From Octopus sinensis (taxonomy: Eukaryota): 64,000 bases of DNA. Numbering within the stretch: the first letter of the stretch is position 1; each line of letters starts with the position of its first letter. The notes beneath the pieces are model-generated. The model saw only the letters and a list, made by a program, of their open reading frames with translations. It ran no database searches and had not been told where the DNA came from. The stretch lies in contig NC_042999.1 in assembly GCF_006345805.1 (NCBI RefSeq), forward strand, positions 47,864,001 to 47,928,000, written 5' to 3'. Below, in pieces: positions 39,600 to 52,840 of this stretch. The translations under genes and the position numbers were made by a program.

Positions 39600-40147
39600 T
39601 TGGTTTGTCCGGAAAGTGTGTGCCGATTTTTAAAGGAAAGCAAAAGATCAATAAATACTTGTCATTACATTTTTAATCAACCAAATATGAACCAGTTTGT
39701 TGCACAATGCGTCTCCATCTTTCCTTTAACTGGAAAATACCCTCTTCCCAGAATTGAGGTTGTTTCATGGCAAAGAATTCAGCAAGGTATCTTTTAACGT
39801 CACCCAAGGAATTGAAATTTTTACCATTAAGACTATTCTGGAAATCCGAAGGAGCAATATCTGGTGAATATGGAGGGTGGGGTAACACATCCCAGCCGAG
39901 CTGCAGCAATTTTTGTCTGGTTCCCAAAGCATCAAGTGCCGAAAATGAACTTTCTTATCTTCTATTTTAAAGGGTTACAGGATTAACACAGGTTATAGGA
40001 ACATAAACCTTCTTCCACGAAAATATAGCGCAAACTGTGCTCTAAATTGAGGTGTAGTCAAATCCTATTTTATGGACTCAACCTTGTTCTAAAATAAGTC
40101 GAAAGATAAGCTACTATAAATCGGCACGAACTTTCCGGATAACCCAA
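39600..40147 (-). mobile_element. Internally deleted mariner (MITE-like), copy 2
   Basis: TA flanks at 39598-99 and 40148-49; same TIRs as 14772-15335; GTRQKLLQLGWDVLPHPPYSPDIAPSDF. Confidence 0.92.
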
Positions 40148-40234
40148 TATTGATATATGGGTATAGGCAAAAATGATCAATACTATTACAATAAGATCTG
40201 GTTCAAATATATATACACAACACCAGTAAATTAG

Positions 40235-40400
40235 TAGGAGAGGTTTTGTCGAAAACTCGCTATTTTAACAAACCGAGAATGGTGTGACGTTAGTTGAATT
40301 TAGGAGTGTTTTGAAATCAGAAAGTAACATGTCGAAGTAATAATACGTTGCGTTTTGTCTGACGTTTTACCGCAATTCCAAATTCAGCGATTTTACTATA
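40235..40400. repeat. Unclassified old dispersed repeat, copy 1
   Basis: TTTTGAAATCAGAAAGTAA..TTTTGTC.GACG.TTTA shared with 44260-44430. Confidence 0.45.
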
Positions 40401-41054
40401 GTGATGACAATGTTTAAGAGAAAAACACTGTACACGTATACACGGGTATTTACGTATATATATATATATATATGTAATATATACATATATATATAAGTAT
40501 ATATGCATGTATTCACGCGTGTATTTACCTGCGAGTGTTTGATTGTGTATTCATAATAGATATGAAATAAAATATTTCTCTTAAAATAAATGTTAAATTT
40601 TAAGTGCACAAATTTTCTGTGTGACGGAAGGAAACATTATAAATTATAATAGCCGAAATACTATCTAGATCTAGGTGTTATGATCTCTATTTATTTACAA
40701 ATTGCAGAATACCTTAAATGCAATTTCAATTACAGAATTCTCAATACCACTTAAATATACATTTTCAGTTTATAATTGTAGAATATGTCCTCTTACCATA
40801 TGTTTTGATGAGTAAATAAAATCTATTTAAGTAAAATAATGACAGCTATGATTATAAGAATAGTTATAAATTATTCCTTCTTTTCTGAATTTGAATCTGG
40901 TCTACATCTGGTTGGATGTAGACTGGGGAAAATATATTTAAGACCGATGATAAAATTTCTATTTCTTACAAAATATTTTCTTACTAAAACCATACAAATT
41001 ATTTTCATCTTTTACACCTTATGCAGAATTTATTTGTCTTTCGAATGATGCAGA

Positions 41055-41450
41055 CTCTTATACTCTTATACTTGTTTCAGTCATTTGACTGCGGCCATGC
41101 TGCAGCATCACCTTTAATCGAGCAACTCGACCTCAGGACTTATTCTTTTGTAAGCCAAGTACTTATTCTATCGGTCTTTTTTGCCGAACCGCTAAGTAAC
41201 GGGGACATAAACACACCAGCATCGGTTGTCAAGCAATGTCGGGGTGACAAACACAGACACACAAACACGCATATATATATATACATATATACGACGGGCT
41301 TCTTTCAGTTTCCGTCTACCAAATCCACTCACAAGGCTTTGGTCTGCTCGAGGCTATAGTAGAAGACACTTGCCCAAGGTGCCACGCAGTGGGACTGAAC
41401 CTGGAACCATGTGGTTGGTAAACAAGCTACTTACCACACAGCCACTCCTA
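41055..41450 (-). mobile_element. SINE family A, full length
   Basis: Full reverse-complement match; short internal microsatellite. Confidence 0.92.
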
Positions 41451-42149
41451 AATAACTATTTTTATACAACTTGAAGAATTCTAATGCTAAATTAATATAA
41501 ACGTTTCAAATTTACCGGTAAAATGAGTTTAACACCGTATCATTATAATTTTATTTCAAGCTTAAGATTGTAGCAAAAATGAGCAACAAGAACAAAATAC
41601 ATATTAATACTTTGTGCCGTAGCCTTTATTCTTAATAACGGGTGAACAACGCCTCGGCATTGAATTCGCTAAGTGATTATAAAATAAATTCTGCACAAGG
41701 TGTAAAAGATAGAAGTAATTTGTATGGTGTTAGTAACAATATATTTTGTAAAAAGTAGAACTTTTATCATCGGTCTTAAATTTATTTTCGCCAGTGTATA
41801 CAAATGTTTAAAGGAGACAGAATAAAAGCATGTATTAGGCAAATGTTAGACTATATAAAAATAAGATAAGGATATATACACCATTTTAGAGGGTTGGTTT
41901 TATATAACACGGAACGATACGCAAACCAATAGAGATATAAGACGATTGAGAATGCAATCAAACTGCTGAATATTTTCACATCTAAAGTGTTAGTTTCGAT
42001 GAGTGATGTTGTAAGCTTAACATCCATCCATACATAAACATATAAAGAATTATGCGTGCAGCTGCGCTTGTGCGTATGTGTTGATGGATTTAAATATGCT
42101 CAAACCCACAAAACGTGTACGAATATAGATTCATGCATAAATACATACA

Positions 42150-42201
42150 TGTGTATATACACACATACATACCTACATACATACATACATACATATATAT
42201 A

Positions 42202-42244
<43 letters not shown>

Positions 42245-42354
42245 ATATAAGTATATATATGCATCTCCATATACATATACGCTCACATATATATATATGC
42301 ATATATATTTATATATATATATATATATGCATATTTATATTATATATATAATTT

Positions 42355-42387
<33 letters not shown>

Positions 42388-42439
42388 GCATATATATATG
42401 CATATATATATATATACATATATATATGTATATATATAT

Positions 42440-42498
<59 letters not shown>

Positions 42499-42500
42499 TG
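42150..42500. repeat. (TACA)n/(TA)n compound microsatellite
   Basis: Direct reading. Confidence 0.95.
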
Positions 42501-42939
42501 CCACTCTACATTAGTGCGTTGGTGTCTAGGACACTTCAGTTCTGTGTTTATCACATTTTCCCCATTTAATCTCCTCAGCTATGTCACTCGTTTCGCTTTG
42601 AAATTTTTAATATTCGCTCTCGAACTCTAATTTATATGTATGCTAATTAAATCCTTAATTTCAGTGGCTGATATGATTGCAGATATTACTTGAACCCATA
42701 CTAACGAGGTTATACCGTGTCATAGCTAATGAACAGCGTGTGAGCTAATTAATTTTGAAGCAAGAGGAATTCATATTAATTAAAACTGCATTAAATATTG
42801 TTTTTTTAAAAAGAACAGATGTTCATTTATGTGGGGAACTCTTCCGAAATAGTGATTTACGCAGGCACAATCAAATAGGCATGTATACATGCGACCATGT
42901 ACGCGTATGCATGTAGGAGTCTTTCATATTTTATCATTT

Positions 42940-43235
42940 AGATATTTTAGTCATTAGCCTTGCTGGGGCCCCACCTTGAGAAATTTTAATTCAATTTAAT
43001 CGGCCCCGGTACTTGTTTTCTTGTTAAGCCTGCTACTTATAGCGGTCTCTTTTGCCGAATCGTTACGGTCACGTAAACACATTAACGCCCGTTGTCAGGT
43101 GGTGGTGGACAAATCCAAGCTGAAAGACACGCATGCAAGCCCCACACATATTCCCCCTCACATAAATATGACGGGATTCTTTCAGTTTACGTCTACCAAA
43201 TTCACACAGAACGTTATAGCAGAAGACACTTGCCC
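42940..43235 (-). mobile_element. SINE family A, degenerate
   Basis: CTCTTTTGCCGAATCG..GACGGGATTCTTTCAGTTTACGTCTACC..GAAGACACTTGCCC. Confidence 0.65.
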
Positions 43236-43302
43236 CAGGTTTACTCCCACTGCGTGTTTGTCAACTCCCAGAAAACATCATACCATGCTGACATGCCAGC
43301 AC

Positions 43303-43714
43303 CTTTTACTCTTTTACTCTCAATTGTTTCAGTCATGTGACTGTGGTCATACTGGAGCACCGCCTCTAGTCGAGCAAATCGACCCCAGGACTTATTCTTT
43401 GCAAGACTCGTACTTATTCTATCGGTCTTTTTGCCGAACCGCTAAGTTACGGGGACGTAAACACACCAACATCGGTTGTCAAGCGATGTTGGGGCACAAA
43501 CACAGGCACACAACATACACACATACACACATATATACATATACATATATACGATGGACTTCTTTCAGTTTCCGTCTACCAAATCCACTCACAAGACTTT
43601 GGTTAGCCCAACGTTATAGTATAAGACACTTGCCCAAGGTGCCTCGCAGTGGGACTGAACCCGGAACTATGTGGTTCGTAAGCAAGCTACTTACCACACA
43701 GCCACTCCTACGCC
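43303..43714 (-). mobile_element. SINE family A, full length
   Basis: Ends ..TTACCACACAGCCACTCCTACGCC. Confidence 0.92.
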
Positions 43715-44259
43715 TATATATGTGTGTGTAATATGTATATATGCTTGTATACTTATAGACATACACACTCAAACACACGCAAACACACAAACACACACAT
43801 ATATACAATAAGAATTGATAGGTGTGTGTAAATACATGTGTATGTATGTCCGTAAGCATGTGCGCACATGCACACTTAATCGTCCCCATAGGAATAGTTG
43901 TTTCTATCATAGGCACCCCCACTAAAGTTACGAGGTAAAAATAGTAGATTAAATGATACCCTGTACTTCATACCCTATTTCATCGAAAAGGATGAAAGAG
44001 AAGGGAGAAATCTGAGATATGCTTTCAACACTCTCATAAATTGCTGATATAAACGAATAAAGCTACTTAGAGGATTTCTATGGCAACCAATTTTGGAAAA
44101 ATCAAACGTACTATCGATAGAACTTGACAGAGATTTAAGGAGAGTATATAATACTCTGGCAAATGCTGATCGACATCGTAACACGTCCGTCGTTTATCAC
44201 TGTAAGAATGATTGTTTCAAACTTATGAATACAATGTCAGAAAATTAAAAAGAAAAGGT

Positions 44260-44430
44260 TTTTCGAGAATTCGAAGAAATACTGTTTATATTCTTCTCGA
44301 ACCCAGAATGATGTAAAGCTAGGTGGTTATGGCGTATTTTGAAATCAGAAAGTAAAGTGTCAATGGCATAATTAATTTTGTCCGACGATTTACGGCATCT
44401 CCAAATCGAGAACTCTTACTGTAGTAAGAT
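44260..44430. repeat. Unclassified old dispersed repeat, copy 2
   Basis: See 40235-40400. Confidence 0.45.
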
Positions 44431-44764
44431 TTACAATATAAACGTTAATATATCCTATGTGGTTAAACGAATTCATACAACATACACACGTATATGTATA
44501 CAACCTGCACACACACACACGCACACACACACACACATACACACAGACACACACACAGACACACACACACCCATATATATATTGTTGCTATTATGCAAAA
44601 AGCATCGTAAGTTCAAAACGTTGCTTTTTCCTGTATGAGAGTTCAACATAACAAATATATATATATATACATATATATATATTTATATACATAATATATA
44701 AATATATGCATATATACATACACATATATACAAACCTACATGTATATGTATATATGTACGTGCA

Positions 44765-44935
44765 TACATGGGTACAGGACATCAAAAAGACGTAGACTAT
44801 GAGTTACGAGGACATAAATACAAAAACATAGAAAACGAACTGTTTTTCGAACAACGATAAAACAAACAAAGAAAAGAGACATGCAACAAAGAGAACATTC
44901 CCTTCATAAGATGTCCGCTGTTTTATCTACTCTGC
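44765..44935. repeat. Unclassified dispersed repeat, copy 2 (see 5245-5445)
   Basis: GGTACAGGACATCAAAAAG..CAAAAACATAGAAAACGAAC. Confidence 0.65.
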
Positions 44936-46165
44936 GGCTCTCTTCCTTTTATATTCTACTGTTTTCACCCAAAAGCTGAGGCCATGCTGGAGCACTTTCT
45001 TTGAGTGTTTCGAAGTCTCACTTCGGTACTGCTTTTGATGAAGAATCGAGTTGGGCGAAGATGCTCTTCTTTTTATCCTTAACCAAATGTGTATTTTTTT
45101 AAATGTTTATTTTAACTTGGAATAGCCGGTTCTTTTTCTTAAACTATCGTATCTCCAGCTGCTTCAGATGCCAAGATATCAAAAATTGTCAAAGTGTAGT
45201 ACAATGGTATTGCTATGGAATGGCGAAACTATGTTTTCGTTTTCTGAAAGAAGCAACGGCTTGCACTTACGACACTTTTGCATGATAGCGACGATACATA
45301 CATACATAACACACGAACATATATATATATGTGTGTATTTATGTATGTATGTATGTATGTATGTATTTATATGTGTGTGTGTGTGTATACGCGCGCACAC
45401 ACACATATATACATAGATTTTCATATGCGGGATGAAAGAGTGAGATAGAAAGTGATTAGGCCGGGATATACGCACGTGTCATTAATCCAAGAGAAAGTGA
45501 TCATGGTATTTCTGTTTTACCAATTCTCATGCTATAAAACGATCAATTCTGAGTTGTAAGAAATAAGAAAAACATGTAATTCAAGTTGATTTTGATTTTG
45601 ATTTCCTTGCGGTATCTTTATTTTATATTTGCCTTCGTTAAGCTTCAAGTTTCAGAAAAGTATTTAACGATTAAAATAATGATGGATTTTGGCCGGTAGA
45701 ATTCGCTTCTCACCTATTGAACACCACATTCTTGCCCATGTGTAATTTTATCAGATTCCAGTCTGCTGCAAGTTTTCCTCGGAACTCTGTGAATTGAAAA
45801 TACGTTCTTTTTCCCCTTTCATCAATCTCGGTTGTCCTGTAAGGTATCATGTCACACACATCCCTATACCCGTCACTGGTAACGTGCACCAGGGTTTCGA
45901 GAATTAATGTTAGACATTTCTGCAGTTATGAACAACCATAGACACATTCTTGACTCTCTCACTACAAAATGCCGAGGAGCGTTGAAGATATGGTAGCGGA
46001 GATAGGAAGGGCTGCTGCAGTGTTAGGCCGCTACTGCAGCAAATTGAAACGTACCTCCTTGTTCAAACATTAAACTATTAAAATTTTCAAATTAATTATT
46101 TCGTGCATTGAATAACGATCTATATTTAAATGTGTGTTTAATTTGTTTAAAATGGGGTTGTGTAA

Positions 46166-46509
46166 CCGAAGTTGTCGCACTGGGGTCGATGTAATCGACT
46201 TAATACCTATGTTTGTCCTTGTTTGTCCTTGTTTGTCCCCTCTGTGTTTAGACCCTTGTGGGTAATAAAGAAATAGGTATAGAGAGTGGTGAGCTGGCAG
46301 AAACGTTAGCACGCCGGACGAAATGCTTAGCGGTATTTCGTCTGCCGTTACGTTGTGAGTTCAAATTCCGCTGAGGTCGACTTTGCCTTTCATCCTTTCG
46401 GGGTCGATTAAATACGCACTGGGGTCGATTTAATCGACTTAATCCGTTTCTCTGTCCTTGTTTGTCCTCTCTGTGTTTAGCCCCTTGTGTGTAGTAAAGA
46501 AATAGGTAT
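46166..46509 (+). mobile_element. SINE family B: isolated tail A (46166-46280) followed by a young copy (46286-46509)
   Basis: Two AAAGAAATAGGTAT ends; head GTGGTGAGCTGGCAGAAACGTTAGCACGCCGG. Confidence 0.88.
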
Positions 46510-47337
46510 AGACAGTAAAACGGAACGGAGATAGAACGTGAGAGAAAGAGGAAGAGGGAGAGATAACTGGGAAAGAATGACAATATGATTTTATTTCAGT
46601 TTGTGGTTGGTAATTGCGCTTTCGAACGAATAAAAGCAGTTTATATCCGTGGTATTTACACGTACTGCACTGAATACTTGGACGTGTGACACAAAGTCAT
46701 CTAATTGAGGATCCAAAGGATTAATGGACATAACACCTATTTAAAATGTCATTTATCTCGATATAACCAATTCCAAAAATTACAGAGTATCTGAATTTAC
46801 ATAACGCCGGGAACTCCTTGTTCTCTCAGTTTTTCGGCGTTAATAAAATAAGTAATACTTAAATACTGGGGGTCGATACGATATTTTCTGCTCCTAAAAT
46901 TGCAAACATTGCACAAAAATTTCAGCCCATTATTACACATCGTACCTACAAATTTGTGAAGCATGAGATAAATATAATCTGTGCGTTAAATGTATGAAAA
47001 TGACTGTGGGTGTCTGTGTCAATGGGTGTAGTATGTGTGTGTGTGTGTGTGTGGCTTCATTCTTAAGCACAAAGCCGGTAAATTTGAGAGAATGGTGTAG
47101 TAGTCTCCTGCATCGATCCCAATGCTTAATTTCATCGCTTCTGACAGACGAATGGCAAAATTAATATAGGCGGGATTTGGGATGAGATAAGAAAGAGTGA
47201 AACAAACACTGCAATATAATTTGACCGATATTCACATAATTCTCCACAATCCACATAGATACATATATACATACATACATACATACATACATACATAGTG
47301 TGTATCTATGTATATATATAAATAAATAAATAAATGT

Positions 47338-47535
47338 TTCTTCTCCAGCAATGCTAGGCTCATAAGAGCCGGTTTCAGTGGCGTGTATATTTCCAAGCTG
47401 TCAGGACGCCGGTCCGTCGCAGTGTTGCTCATTTTTGCCAACCGACTGGGCACAACGCATGGACTGGTCCAGGTATCGAAAGCACTACCTTACGATCATG
47501 TGTTCAACACCCTAACCACTAAGCCACGCGCCTCC
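47338..47535 (-). mobile_element. SINE family C, tail type 2
   Basis: CACCCTAACCACTAAGCCACGCGCC; CAGGACGCCGGTCCGTCGCAG. Confidence 0.75.
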
Positions 47536-47551
47536 ACACATACAGAAATAT

Positions 47552-47678
47552 GTCGAAGAGCGTAGGCTCGAAACGTAAAAGACTTGTTCTATTTCTATTA
47601 CTGAGCGCCATACTAATACACTTGTTTGTTTGTACTCCACCTGCCTTTGTCTTTTGTTTATTTTCGTAAACCTTCCCG

Positions 47679-47680
<2 letters not shown>
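47552..47680 (+). mobile_element. Putative Penelope-like fragment, subfamily H2, 5'-truncated within the hammerhead-like core
   Basis: GAAGAGCGTAGGCTCGAAACGTAAAAGAC; downstream matches 35700-35790. Confidence 0.55.
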
Positions 47681-47715
<35 letters not shown>

Positions 47716-47776
47716 CATGCATACATTCATATATATAACATATATTATATATACATATATATATAATAATATATAT

Positions 47777-47824
<48 letters not shown>

Positions 47825-47827
<3 letters not shown>

Positions 47828-48203
47828 GCAGTATCGCCCGGCGTTGCTCAGGTTTGTAGGGAAATAACTATAAGCATTTTTAGAGAGTTATAGCCAAAAA
47901 TAGCAAAAAAATGGAAAAAAAATGATGGTAAATTTTTTTTGAGAGTAAAAAAAGGTTGAGTTGCGGCCCTAGACAGTCTGTGGTTGTTTTTTTTTTTATT
48001 CTCGACCCCATGTCGAATTTATCGTTTTTTTCAGAACTGGGGGAACTTTTCAAAATTTTCGCTGCGTTAGTTTTGAATTATGACATGGGCTAATGTGTGT
48101 GTCAAGTTTCATCAGAATCGGTTGAAAGCCGTGGTCAGGGTGAGGGTACGAGAAAACAGACACACAGAAACACGCACAGACAAACTGCCGTTTATATAGA
48201 GAG

Positions 48204-48205
<2 letters not shown>
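47825..48205 (+). mobile_element. Non-autonomous Helitron/Helentron-like element flanked by (TA)n
   Basis: 5' TCAGCAGTATCGCCCGGCGTTGCTC; core GTGTCAAGTTTCATCAGAATCGGTTGAAAGCCGTGG; 3' ACAGAC repeats and TTTATATAGAGAGAT, the Lep1/DINE-like layout. Confidence 0.6.
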
Positions 48206-48234
<29 letters not shown>

Positions 48235-48749
48235 CATATATATATATATAGGCGGGATTTGGACACACACACACTACCACTCAACACACACACTGGCACG
48301 TTACATACGCCCCATTCTTTGCCTCCTTCCCTCCTTCCCTTCTTCCCTCCTTCCTCCCATTTTTTACCACTGACCACTCACTTGAGACTTGCTATGTCAT
48401 CTGTTCGCCCTGCACGCACTAACATATTTTTTGTTTTTTTATCTCGCCTCACACACACATACACACACGCACACGCACACACTCACACATGCATACACAC
48501 GCACACACACATACCTCCCTGTTTCTGATCTGCCTTTCTGACTTGCTAGGGTACCCCCACACCACTCCTTTAATTCTACTACTGCCTGCTACTAGCCATT
48601 GTCCACCATACACACACATACACTCACACGCGCACACTCACACACACACCCTTGTCATCTCGCACACCTTTTTTACCATTCCCTCTTGATTCAGCTCTCC
48701 GTTTTTAAAAAACATTTTCCTCCTTTTTTACCACTTCCGTCTTTTTAGT

Positions 48750-48950
48750 ATGTGACCTCGTGAAGACTGCCTGCAATTTTTTTTTCTCTGTCCTCCCGTC
48801 TCGGATCTTTCTTTCTCCTATGTTTCCGACGAAGAGCTCCGCTCGAAACGTCATACCCACCTTCTTCCATTTTCTGAGCAACCCTAATAATAATAATACT
48901 GTAATTGTTCCACGTGTTGTTGTTTTTTCTGTTTTCCCGTTTGGATTACA
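48750..48950 (+). mobile_element. Putative Penelope-like fragment with hammerhead-like core (subfamily H1)
   Basis: CCGACGAAGAGCTCCGCTCGAAACGTC at 48826-48852; homologous to the reverse complement of 14225-14430. Confidence 0.6.
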
Positions 48951-48955
48951 CTATA

Positions 48956-48996
<41 letters not shown>

Positions 48997-49474
48997 TATA
49001 TATATATTGAATACACATAGACGCACACACATATACACACAAGTACAGCAACAACAGTCGCATAAATGTTAATGCATTTATGATTGTGTGTGTTGTATGA
49101 GTGTGTTTGCGTGCACATGTTTGAGCCTGTGTTATGCGTCGAAATTGCACAAATTCGTCTTTATTTTTCATTGCGGTCAAATATATTTCGACTAATAACC
49201 AATTCCGCTTACGTAAAAGGGATGCAGATTTGGTAATGCAATCGTACGCAAACTTTTTTTCAGAAAAGAAATGGGATGATCCTGGAGGCAGCTCCTTTGG
49301 TCTCCGGCCTCTTCGATCAAGGCTGACATGGAGCCAGACACAGACAATAACAAAAGATACTGCAGCATATTAAAACCTGTTGATAATGAAAAAGAAATTC
49401 AATACAAATTTCGTAACCATGCAATGGATGTAATGCTTTTGTGACGCACAAACAACATGTAATTCGATTAATCG

Positions 49475-49572
<98 letters not shown>

Positions 49573-50168
49573 ATAGATCGAAAACATGTACAGAATGACC
49601 TGTCGAAGATCTGGATCGATGTTTGGAATTATTCTTTTTTTTTTCTTCAGCCAGCTTGCTTTTATCCTGGTTTCATTCTGTCCATTACAACATTTGAGTG
49701 GTGCTCCTTGAATGTTTACATGTTATACAAGCGTGCCACACTAAATTCAGGTTAGTATATCGACAGTATATGTTAGTAAAAACGTTCTAAGCGACTCCTC
49801 GATTAACAAGTCGTTGAGATGTGTATACTTAGAAAGTAAGGCGCGCAGACACATACACACATTCGTGTGGACATATCTATAAACATTTATTAAATTATTG
49901 ATGTGTAGACATAGTGTCATTTCACTGCATTGATATACCTTAGAAATTGCCTATAGATATTTTAGAGATAGCTGTGCATTATGATGCTTATATACAATGC
50001 GTCTACAGTTTGTTGGTGAACAAAAGAACGAAGAGAACATTTTTTCCTATGTTTCGACTCTTGCTGAAATCGTCGTTAACAACTGTGTAAGAAGTTTAAC
50101 TTTCGATATACACGCTATGTATAAACTCAATAATATTAAGGTTTGAAGTAAAATGGATACTATATATA

Positions 50169-50330
50169 GGCGTAGGAGTGGGTGAGTGGTAAGTAGCTTG
50201 CTTACGAACTACATGGTTCCGGGATCAGTCCCACTGCGTGGCACCTTGGGCAAGTGTCTTTTACTATAGCCTTGGGCCGACCAAAGCCTTGTGAGTGGAT
50301 TTGGAAGACGGAAACTGAAAGAAGCCCGTC

Positions 50331-50424
<94 letters not shown>

Positions 50425-50646
50425 GTGTGTGTGTGTATGTATGAGTGTGTGTTGTGTTTTGCGTGTCTGTTTTTACAGCCCCCCCAAATCGCTTGACAAC
50501 AAATGCTGGTGTGTTACGTCCCCGTAATTTAGCGGTTTGGCAAAAGAGGCCGATAGAATAAGTCCTGGCGTCGATTTGCTCGACTAAAGGCGGTGCTCCA
50601 GCATGGCCGCAGTCAAATGACTGAAACAAGTAAAAGAGTAAAAAGA
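50169..50646 (+). mobile_element. SINE family A, full length
   Basis: GGCGTAGGAGTGGGTGAGTGGTAAG to GAAACAAGTAAAAGAGTAAAAAGAG. Confidence 0.92.
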
Positions 50647-50787
50647 GGATATGTGTGTGTGCGTGCATGTGTGTGTTTGCATGCGAGGGTGTGTGCGTGA
50701 GGGTATGTGTCCGCGTGAGTGTTAGTGCATGTACTTATTCTTGTATGTATATGAATAAGTAAATAAATAAATAAATATATATATATC

Positions 50788-50831
<44 letters not shown>

Positions 50832-52245
50832 GTGTGGTGTGTGATATTATGTATATGTATATGAGTGTGTGCGTGTGAGTGGATGCGTTTATACATAAAT
50901 ACACACACGCTCACATTCACACACAAATACATGCATACAAACACACGCACACACACACACGTACACACACATGCAGTTAGATATGCGTATTTAATATCAC
51001 GTATATACTAGTTTAATAACTTTTGACTACATCAACATTAAGGTATTTGTTACTACTTTGACTAACACAAATCTGTATTTAATGATGTGGAGTTATATGT
51101 TACGTAGTACGTATATGGAAATGTGGTATATCGGTATTCATTTTGACAGTATTTGGCCGTGGGAAACACCAAATTCGTTAGTTAGCTCTAAAGGATATCA
51201 AAATGCATTAAAAGAATTTAAAACTTCACCTCTTCATTTGGTTTGAAAAGCTGCCAGACTCAAATTGTCCGATTTTCTCAAGACTTATAAGATAAAATCT
51301 AATAATAACATGAAATGAAATCTTTTGAACTTTATGCAACACCTGCCCAACATAAACTGGATTTGCATCTAGCAAAATGTAAATATTATATCTACCTTGG
51401 TATCCAGACGTTTGTCTTTATATTTACGATGTTATTGTTTCGTTATTTAGCTCTAGGTCAAATTTGGATGATCAAAAATGAGCATTCCATGTGTTCAGAG
51501 TTAGTCTAGCGCTGTTCTATGAAATTTACTCTTCCTATGTTTGAAGAATTAAGTTGTGATATGAGAAATATTACATTACTTTTTCTGGAAGCTCAAACTG
51601 CTATGTAAATTTCAGTGCATTGATGGTACGCAGATGTCGCTTAATTTCATATCAACTCTAATGGAACTGTTATATTATCAAATTTGTCTCGGTAGTTGTT
51701 CAATACATTCTGTGACATTTCTTATAACCATATTCAATCATATCTTGAGCAGCTCATGGCTACTATATCTAGCCGATCAAGCGAATGTCAGGCTGCTCAC
51801 CCATTGATTAATTTCATTGCGTAACCTTATGTATTCAGGATTTATACATATATGGCTGCCTAGTCGCAGTAAAATATCCTTAAGTGCAGAACAAATTGAT
51901 ATTGATGGTCTAATTTGATCTCTCAATCTGGTTTCACAACTAAATAACATAACCTGATTTCAATTAAAGTTAAAAGTTATTGTGCTACAATATTATTGGA
52001 GATATTTTTACTCGCTTTTATAAGCTTGTTTTTAATGTGTCGTTTTCAAAGACAAGACATTTGTTTTAATACAACATTGTAGTTTCTTGGTTATAAAACC
52101 AGGTCATTTCCTAACAGTAATAAGAAACAATATGCTTCCTAAAGTCTTTACCTTATTAAGGAAACACGAAATAATGACAACTGTATTGTTTCTCAAATGT
52201 ATTCAATATGCAGTATAATAATCTACCACCTTCTATTATAATAAT

Positions 52246-52625
52246 AACAAGAGCACTCAAAGAGCGCAAACCCCCGCCAAGGCAACACCAACTTCCTCTC
52301 AACGATTAGCCAGAGATGATTTTTAAAATGAGAATATCTGAAATAAACTCTACTACTCTCACTAAATACTAAAAATTATTACTAAAAATTAATCCGACCG
52401 CTATCAAAAATTAGGTATAAAAAACAAAAACGGGAAAGTAATCCAGAATCCTTGGCTGGTACCGGATTGATGTCAAAATCTAAGCAGTTCGTACCAGTCA
52501 CGAGGCCAAACACCCCTCAAAATTTCATCCGAATCCATCCGGCGGTTGTTGAAATATCTTGTACCCTGATAAAACAAACAAACGCAACTGAAACAAAACG
52601 TCTGCCTTCGCAAAAGCGAGGTAAT
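52246..52625 (+). mobile_element. Helentron-associated (HINE-like) non-autonomous element
   Basis: 5' CAAGAGCACTCAAAGAGCGCAAACCCCCGCCAAGG; core AAAATTTCATCCGAATCCATCC; 3' hairpin CTTCGCAAAAGCGAGGTAAT. Confidence 0.5.
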
Positions 52626-52642
52626 TATTATTCTTCTCTACT

Positions 52643-52840
52643 CTAGGCACAAGGCCTGAAATTTTTGGGGAGGGGTGGCCAGTCGATTAGATCGACCCCA
52701 GTACCCAACTGGTACTTAATTTATTGACACCGAAAAGATGAAATACAAAGTTGACCTCGGCGGAATTTGAACTCAGAACGCTGAGACAGACGAGATACTG
52801 CTAAGTATTTCGCCCGGCTAACGTTTCTGCCAGCTGGCAG
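52643..52840 (-). mobile_element. SINE family B, single copy with tail B
   Basis: CTAGGCACAAGGCCTGAAATTTTTGGGG..GACCTCGGCGGAATTTGAACTCAGAACG..CGTTTCTGCCAGCT. Confidence 0.8.

Noticed and set aside
43021-43731. Longest ORF (236 aa), with near-identical peptides at 48, 928, 9367, 12001, 41021, 50264 and 53966
   Set aside because: Antisense or sense translation of SINE A copies; the recurrent peptides reflect the repeat, not a gene family.
44048-44249. Open frame YKRIKLLRGFLWQPILEKSNVLSIELDRDLRRVYNTLANADRHRN
   Set aside because: No polypyrimidine acceptor or start codon and no recognisable homology.
49134-49373. 79-aa ORF with a GC-richer tail (KWDDPGGSSFGLRPL)
   Set aside because: No recognisable domain; more likely a decayed repeat fragment.
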